DNA from: Daphnia carinata
Taxonomy: Eukaryota
Reading direction: 5' to 3'
NCBI RefSeq assembly: GCF_022539665.2
Contig: NC_081331.1
Location: forward strand, 10,230,001 to 10,294,000
Length of the DNA stretch: 64,000 bases
Part shown: positions 57,117 to 64,000 of the stretch, in pieces
Position numbering within the stretch: the stretch's first letter is position 1
Layout of the letters: every line of letters starts with the position of its first letter
Program-made: the position numbers and the translations under genes
The notes under the pieces: generated by a model
What the model was told of the DNA's origin: nothing
The model's input: only the letters and a program-made list of their open reading frames with translations
Database searches by the model: none

Positions 57117-58868
57117 CTCGGGGAATTTGTTAGACCATCTTTTTCCTTCCTCCTATTCCGACGACTTTTCCCTTCATCAGATATCAACGTTAAAAAAAAA
57201 AAAAAAAAAAGGGCAGCAGCAACGCATCTATATATATGTATTTTATATCTACATCTTATATAATACCCTCTCTGTGAGTCTATGTAGATAGCGATAGATA
57301 TTTTTTTTTTTAACGGTTAGGAAAAAAAAAAAAAAAAGGTTGTATGCGTTGAGCTATTTTAATGACTTGGTGCGCGCTTTGTCGCTTCGAGTGTCTCCAG
57401 CTCCGAGTTTTTCTTTTCTTTTCTTTTTTTTTTTTTTTGGAACATAAAAAAATTATATTCTACTGCTGATCCGTTTTTGCTTGGGAGGAAGAAAAATGGC
57501 CGTATGATTTAAAGAATAATCACACCGTTTTATTTATTGATTTATTGATTAGGGTAGAGAAATTATATTCATCTTATTCAACGGCATACGGTACTATTAA
57601 CGATTAAACACTTGATTATGGATTGTTTAAACTCATTTTTTTTTTTTGAAACAATTAATGCGTACGCACGTCTTCGTACATTTTTTTTAGAAAATAAAAG
57701 CGTCTATCGCTTTTTTTAAATGACGCGTAATAACTTGACCTCCTCTCCCCTCCTCCTTGTGTTATTACATTACAAACAGGTGTATAGACATACAGCGACA
57801 ATATGTCTTCATTTTTATCCTCCTCCCCTTTTCAACAGTGTTTTTTTTTTTTTTTCTTTTTGTATCTCTTTCGAAAATGGACGGCCGTGTCATCGTCTCG
57901 ACGGGAGCTGATGGTAGACCCCTACAGCGATGATCGGATTAAAATAAAAAAATAAAAAAAAAAAAAGCTTTGCGTTTATTCTTGTTTCGGTTCGATAAAA
58001 AGAAGAATCTCTTCAAGATTTGATTGATTGACGTAGTCAATATCCAGTTTGTAATGGATTCGCAGCACATATCGCACGGATTGTTCTTTAGCGTGCACGT
58101 ATAGTACCTACACTATTTAACGTTTATAAAAAAAAAAAGAAGGCCGGATTGTTTTGCTCGGTCACGCTCGCAACTGGCGTGATGATGACAGAGAATATTA
58201 CCATCCCCATTAAATCTTTTGTTTCTTTCTTTAAAAAAAATATATATATATACTGTATATATACCGAATTTTTTTGTTTTGTTTTATGAATCTTTTTTGT
58301 TTGGGTACGACACGACGACGACGTGATTTATTTGAAAATGATAATGATCGCCATCAATAATAATATGATTATTGTAGCGGGAGAAGAAGAAGTTTCTTCG
58401 GAGAACACGGGGGGGACCTTGACGGAGGATACAACAACATGACTATATAAAGTATACACACACACACACACACACACACACCACGTTTATTTTCTAGACA
58501 CAACGACACTGTGTGTGTTTTCTAAGTGGAGCGCTACATTTTTTTTTTCTTTTCTCTTTGCCAAAAAAAGGAAATAAAGCCAACATTTTGCATGTAATAT
58601 TCACGTACGTCACGCAAGCACGCTCTAAAACTAAAACATGACCTGATTTCCTTTTTTTTTTTTTCTTCTAAAATGAAAGAAACACGAAAATAAATACGCA
58701 GTATTTTGGATAAGCGCACATAGGCTCGTTTTTGTGAGTGTGTGTGTGTGTGTGTGACTCCCGCGTGTATGTGTGCGTCTATTTCTGGTGGCGTGAGCCA
58801 TCCGTGTTGCTCACTATTCACGCGTGTGTGACCGACTCTCAACAAATTTGACTTTTCTTATTTTTTTT

Positions 58869-58900
<32 letters not shown>

Positions 58901-61900
58901 CTGTAAACATTTTCTGTTTGGCTGGCAAATGAAACCCCCACCAATAGATTTTTTAGACGGACCCCAAACAGCAGACGGTGGGGATCAAAAAAAAAGGACC
59001 ATCTCCTAATTCCGATGTTAATCAATCGTCTCGTCTAACAGCAGCCCAACATTTCACGCTCTCTCAGCAGCGTGTATATCGAGTCTGCATAGATATATAC
59101 AAACACTCTACGGGTGAGAATGTAAAGTAGCAGGGAAAGGCTCGAATTTATTTCGATTTTTTTGTTTTGCGTTCTATTTTGCTGAGCACGCCAAATGTTC
59201 GTCTTCTTTTTTTTTTTTTTTTGTTTGTTTAAATAACTATTATTCAACCATCGGAGCGGTCTATATTTGTGTACCATTCTATGGGGGTCATGCAAATGCT
59301 GTAGAATCGCTTTATGTTTCATTTTCTCTTGGTTCTCTTCTTCTACACCATCGACGTCATGACTAATCAAGTCAAACACATATATAACGTCTGAGGTGAA
59401 ACGCGAAACTGGTTCGGGTTTTCAATTTCATCAAATTAAAATTTGTTTTTTTCAAGTGTCCAGACATGAGACTGTGCACGTCATCCAAAAAGGGTTATTT
59501 AGTCCCGGTGTTCGTACCCACATTTCTCATGCAAATTTTTCATTGTTCTAATTCTCGTGCGTGATTCTGTTCGATTTTTTGTTGTTGTTGTTGGTTCCAA
59601 TACAAACGTCGCCCTCCATGTTTTTGTTTCTTATTCGGCTCTATAATCAATCAGATCAATTATGATTAAAAGGTCGTTGTCATCGTCATTCCCCCGCCTT
59701 TGCACACACATCTCTCAATGATACGACGAGAATCAAGAAAATCAGGCAAAACAACACGAAGACCAATAATTCAAATGAGAAATTAGAGAACCAACAAGAG
59801 CTCAAACAAAAGGAAGAAGAGTCTATATGCATTTAATATAAGACCGAAGGTCAACTGTCTTTATACATATAGATATATATATATTCTTTTATTTATTTCC
59901 TGCGATGGGCAAGAGCGAGGAAGAAGGGGGGGGGGGGGGGGGTCATTTGACCATATAAAGCCAACGGGTTATGGTGTCTTGTATAGTGTAAGGGCAAGTT
60001 CAAAGCCATCGGGATTGTTTTTTTCGGGAGTATCACCGCGAACCAAAGATAGAAAAAAGAAACCTACAAACCATCAGCTAAAAACCTTAACCAGATGGTC
60101 ATTTGTTACAAACAAACAACAAGGCAAAAAACCCAAAAGGTCCCACTCTATTGAAATGAAATCTTCCCCCCCCCCCCCCTTCGTCCGTCCTTCCTCCTTC
60201 GTGTCTCTATCCCGAAAAAAGAAACAAGTGGACTTGCTTGTTGCGCTCTTCTATCTTTCTCTTCCTCTCTCTAGAATTCCTCTTTGCCTTTTTGTTATTC
60301 CCTTCTTCTTTTTTTTTTCCAATCGTAATGTTATTTTCGATGTGTGTGTGACTTTCGGGGATCATTGCGCTGTTGGCTGCATATCTTATAATAGTATACC
60401 GTAGTGATGGCGTGGCTCTTTTTTTTTTTTTTTTCTTCGTTTCCTCTACTTCTTTTAGTCGCTTTTTTATCTTGGTCTTTCTGTCTTCGTCCTAAAGGTT
60501 CTCTCCCCCCCCCCCCTTTTCTTTATAGCTCCTCTGTATAAGAGACGACATCGGTTGAGACTTTGGTCATACAGGCATTTTGGGTACCATCGTTCCGTCT
60601 CTTTTTAAGGCAATGACAAATTCCTTTGGTATATAGACACACGCACGCAGTTAAGGAAAAAAAAAAACCGGCAAATCAGGTTAATCTCCATCTCTCTCTC
60701 TCTCTTTTATTCTTTCCCAAGCCTCCGCAACATAAAAAGCATCACCTTCTGGCAGTCGTTGTTGTTGTTGTTTTTTGCTTGAAAAATATTTTTGATTTAA
60801 AAATAGACACGTGATTCATTTAATAAGGAGATCTAGTCAAATGAAAACCAGTGGGATAACAACAAAATGGCCAAAGGAATAGGGAGATAACTATCGATAC
60901 TTGGCAACAGCGTGAATGGAACCGGGCAGAGGTTATGCCCAGCCTATTTCAATCAGGAGGGTATATTCTCTTTGCTGTTAACGCTGCAAACACCAGAGCT
61001 CAAAGAAAAACTGGTTTTCTCACTACATTTCGAACAACATTTTTTTTTGGGGGGGGGGGGAGGAGGGAAGGTTAAAGACATACGATCACGCCATTTCTCC
61101 ATTTGAAAGCGTCGTCATTTGTTTTCGACAAACAAATGCTAAGTGACCAAATGATTCCCCCCCACCCCTTCATCTAACAAAAAAAAAAAAAAAACTATTT
61201 CCGTGTGCTTTGGCCATAGCAAAAACGAAATTTTTGGGTGCATGCTAGAAGGCCATTGTCACCCGAGTCGTGATTGATGAAGCTCAAAGATATCGAACTG
61301 TTGGAGGCAAATGTTTGTTGTTTGACCGGGACGACTGCGAGCGCAACAGCAAAAACAAATTTTCGATTCTTTTGTCGACTTGTCAACACACCCACCGAAT
61401 TACAACAACAACAACAAAAAAAATGAATATTAATGATCCATTGACCTTTTGACCTTAAAAATCATTTATCACCATTTACTTGTTCATTTCTTTTTTTTTT
61501 TTTTTTCAAGGATTACCATCTGCGTGAAATCGTATGATTTTTTTCGTGACAACGTGTCCCGATCTGTTCCCCTCCGCCAGAGGTGCCACTATTTATCAAC
61601 AAATATCACTCGTATATAAACATTAGAGACAAGTACGAAAAGAATGTCCTTTGGAAACTTGTTGCGCAAGGTCGTCACGCATCGAACGTGGCAGGACATT
61701 CACGTTGTCTGCGCGTTTGTTTACATACACAGAGTGAACAAAACATCGTCGTTTTTTTAAAATTTTCGTGCAGGCTTGGTTTTCAATCAAAAAAATAAAA
61801 GGCAATAGAAAGCAAAAGACAATGACATCCGATTCATTGAGAAACTTTTTTTTAAGGGCGAACGCGGTACAGCGACGAGCGTGACCTCGTTATTTATTGG

Positions 61901-63232
61901 CCCTGACATGTTTGTGAGTGGTCCAGAGTTTGAAACTATTTGTATTTGACACAGAGGGGTGTGTCAAGCTGACTGGTAGACATTTTCCGATAAAAAGAGA
62001 AATCATTCATCTGCATAAAGTCTAAATACGAGACCCATGAGTGAAAGCCATTGAAGGAGATATGATTTCTCTTAGCAGAGATACATTTAATAAAGCATTT
62101 CGATGATGTTTTTTTTTTTCTTTAAATAGAAGACATTTTGTTTTTCTCGTCCTTTTTTTTCAGCTGGATTTATATGCGTGGCTTTTTTTTTTTTTTACAC
62201 GACGTACTTGTTGTATTTAAAAGCAGAGAGAAAGGGAGGTCAAACAGGTCAAAACGTTGAGAGATCCGTTTGTGACTTTGAACTCGTTCATTTCTTTTTT
62301 ATTTTCCTTTAACCCTTACGTTTTTGAGTTTCCACTCCCTGTTTGTGCCTCCCATCGAAAATAAACGTAAACAAATAAACATTTGTTGCGTCAATGACGA
62401 ATGTTGTTCTCTTTAAAAAAAAATCGGGTACTCAAAGAAATGGGAATGTATTTTTTCTTTTGAATTGTATGACACGTACAACATGTTGCGCATCAATCCA
62501 TATGTAAATAATTCTATATATGCCGAGCATGTGTATATACACACACACGCACACAATATATATGGCTATTATATTGGATGCTGTTCAATGGTGGCTCAGG
62601 CAGCCATTGGGCCACTTGTTGAATTTCTTTCTATTTTTTTTTTTTTTTAAATAAACACGCATTTTCGGAATTTTTTTTTTTTTTTTTTTGTTACCCCACC
62701 CTTTTTGATGGTCTGGTTATTCACCACCGAAATGCACCGTTTTTTTTTTTTGTTGTTGCTGTTTTTAAAAGTATTTAAACGAAAAATAAAATGTATATTC
62801 CCTTTCTGAATCGAATAGAAGAAGGAGTTCTACTAACTACCACCATATACACGCTACTACCGCTACATTTATATTGATGTATAAATCTAAATGTTATTGC
62901 GCGGGTATTTATATGTGTGTGCGCGTAGATTTGGGACAAGATTTTTTATAGCTCCTTTTTTTTTCTGAGTTTATGCAAAGATTTGTGGCGTAGGGTGAGA
63001 GAGAGAGAGGTCCTGATTCCCTCCCTTTTCCTTGTAGCGATTTTTATTTTTAAATATAGTATATATATATTTTTTTTGAAATAGGAAAGAAATGCTGCGC
63101 TCACAATTATACCTGAGGGCGGCTGCTGGCCACTTGAAGCGAGCACACAGAGCTCGACTAATGTTACTTGTACAGTCGGCTGGACTCTCTTGTGCTTACA
63201 CCGTTTGCATACGCAATGAACACCGAAGAGAC

Positions 63233-63263
<31 letters not shown>

Positions 63264-64000
63264 CAGACACAAATAATACAGAGTCTCTTTCTCTATCGCT
63301 GTGCGTACCTTCGTTTCAGTCCTTTTTTTTTTTTTATTTTGTTGTTCAAAGAAAATAAGAAAAATAGGCGACCGAAGAGATCAGGGTCGCAGCGACGTGA
63401 TGCGGATGGACGAGACAGATAACACGAGACACACAATATAAATACACTAAGTTCTTCCTCTTTATACCCAATATGTAGAATTATATATGTTTCCTTTTTT
63501 TTTTTTTTTTTATTTAAAAAAAGGGGGGGGGGGTTTATAGTAGAAAAAGCATTAAACATTTCTGGTATAGAAGGGGATGAATATAAAAGGAATTATGTTT
63601 TTTTTTTAGAAAGAAGAAAAGAATAGGGGAATGAAGATTGGAATGCGCCGGACGCCTTCCAGCTTTTTTTTTTCTCATCTCTTTGATTATGTCCACCCCG
63701 TCTCACTTGTGTGATTCTTACATTATAACAAATAAAAAATACCTTTTTTTCCCCACATCTTCAGGTGAGACAGGAGGTGGGGGGAGCAAGTCATTCGATA
63801 TCAATAAGGAATTTCCTTATTTTATTTTTTTGTTTGTTTTTCTTTTAGCGCATCCGCATTGAGCAAAAAAAAAAAAATAAAATAAAAACAAGAGGCCTGC
63901 GATAGGGGAGGGCAAAGGTAGATGTTATAAAAGAGAGAATCAGCAAAGCTTGAAAAAAAAAAAGGTATTTTTTTTTGTATTTTTATTTTTAGGAGAGGAG

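Noticed and set aside
61249..61310. Plus-strand peptide AIVTRVVIDEAQRYRT resembling a helicase Walker B motif
   Set aside because: An in-frame stop lies just upstream, there is no Walker A or other helicase motif nearby, and splice support is poor; likely chance.
63113..63157. Possible 45-nt exon SSSVCSLQVASSRPQ ending in CAG|GTATAA
   Set aside because: The acceptor lacks a pyrimidine tract, there is no start codon, and it lies far from other supported exons.

Overview
This window is eukaryotic, AT- and homopolymer-rich genomic DNA with short GT-AG introns. It is arthropod-like; a Daphnia-type crustacean is my inference only. I found no prokaryotic genes, CRISPR arrays, rRNA, tRNA or recognisable transposon ORFs, and most of the ORF track is noise from poly-A/T runs. 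Two minus-strand genes can be read directly. (1) A voltage-gated calcium channel beta subunit gene (Ca-beta/CACNB; SH3-HOOK-guanylate-kinase module). Its seven phase-consistent core exons span 25809-22672. The 3' end has a 45-nt cassette exon, a candidate short alternative terminal exon, and a His/Gln/Arg-rich terminal exon with a TAGTAG tandem acceptor. The 5' side carries several candidate alternative first coding exons, including one encoding 288 aa. (2) The 5' part of a second gene: an Inr+DPE promoter at 10707, an ATG-free leader exon (10707-10360) and a Ser-rich first coding exon (4702-4469). The coding exon resembles, from memory, the N-terminus of arthropod Rau-like RA-domain proteins; the rest of the gene presumably lies left of the window. 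Positions 36-64 kb hold no confident coding exon. I see no new biological system; the best leads concern isoform architecture and regulation of the Ca-beta gene.
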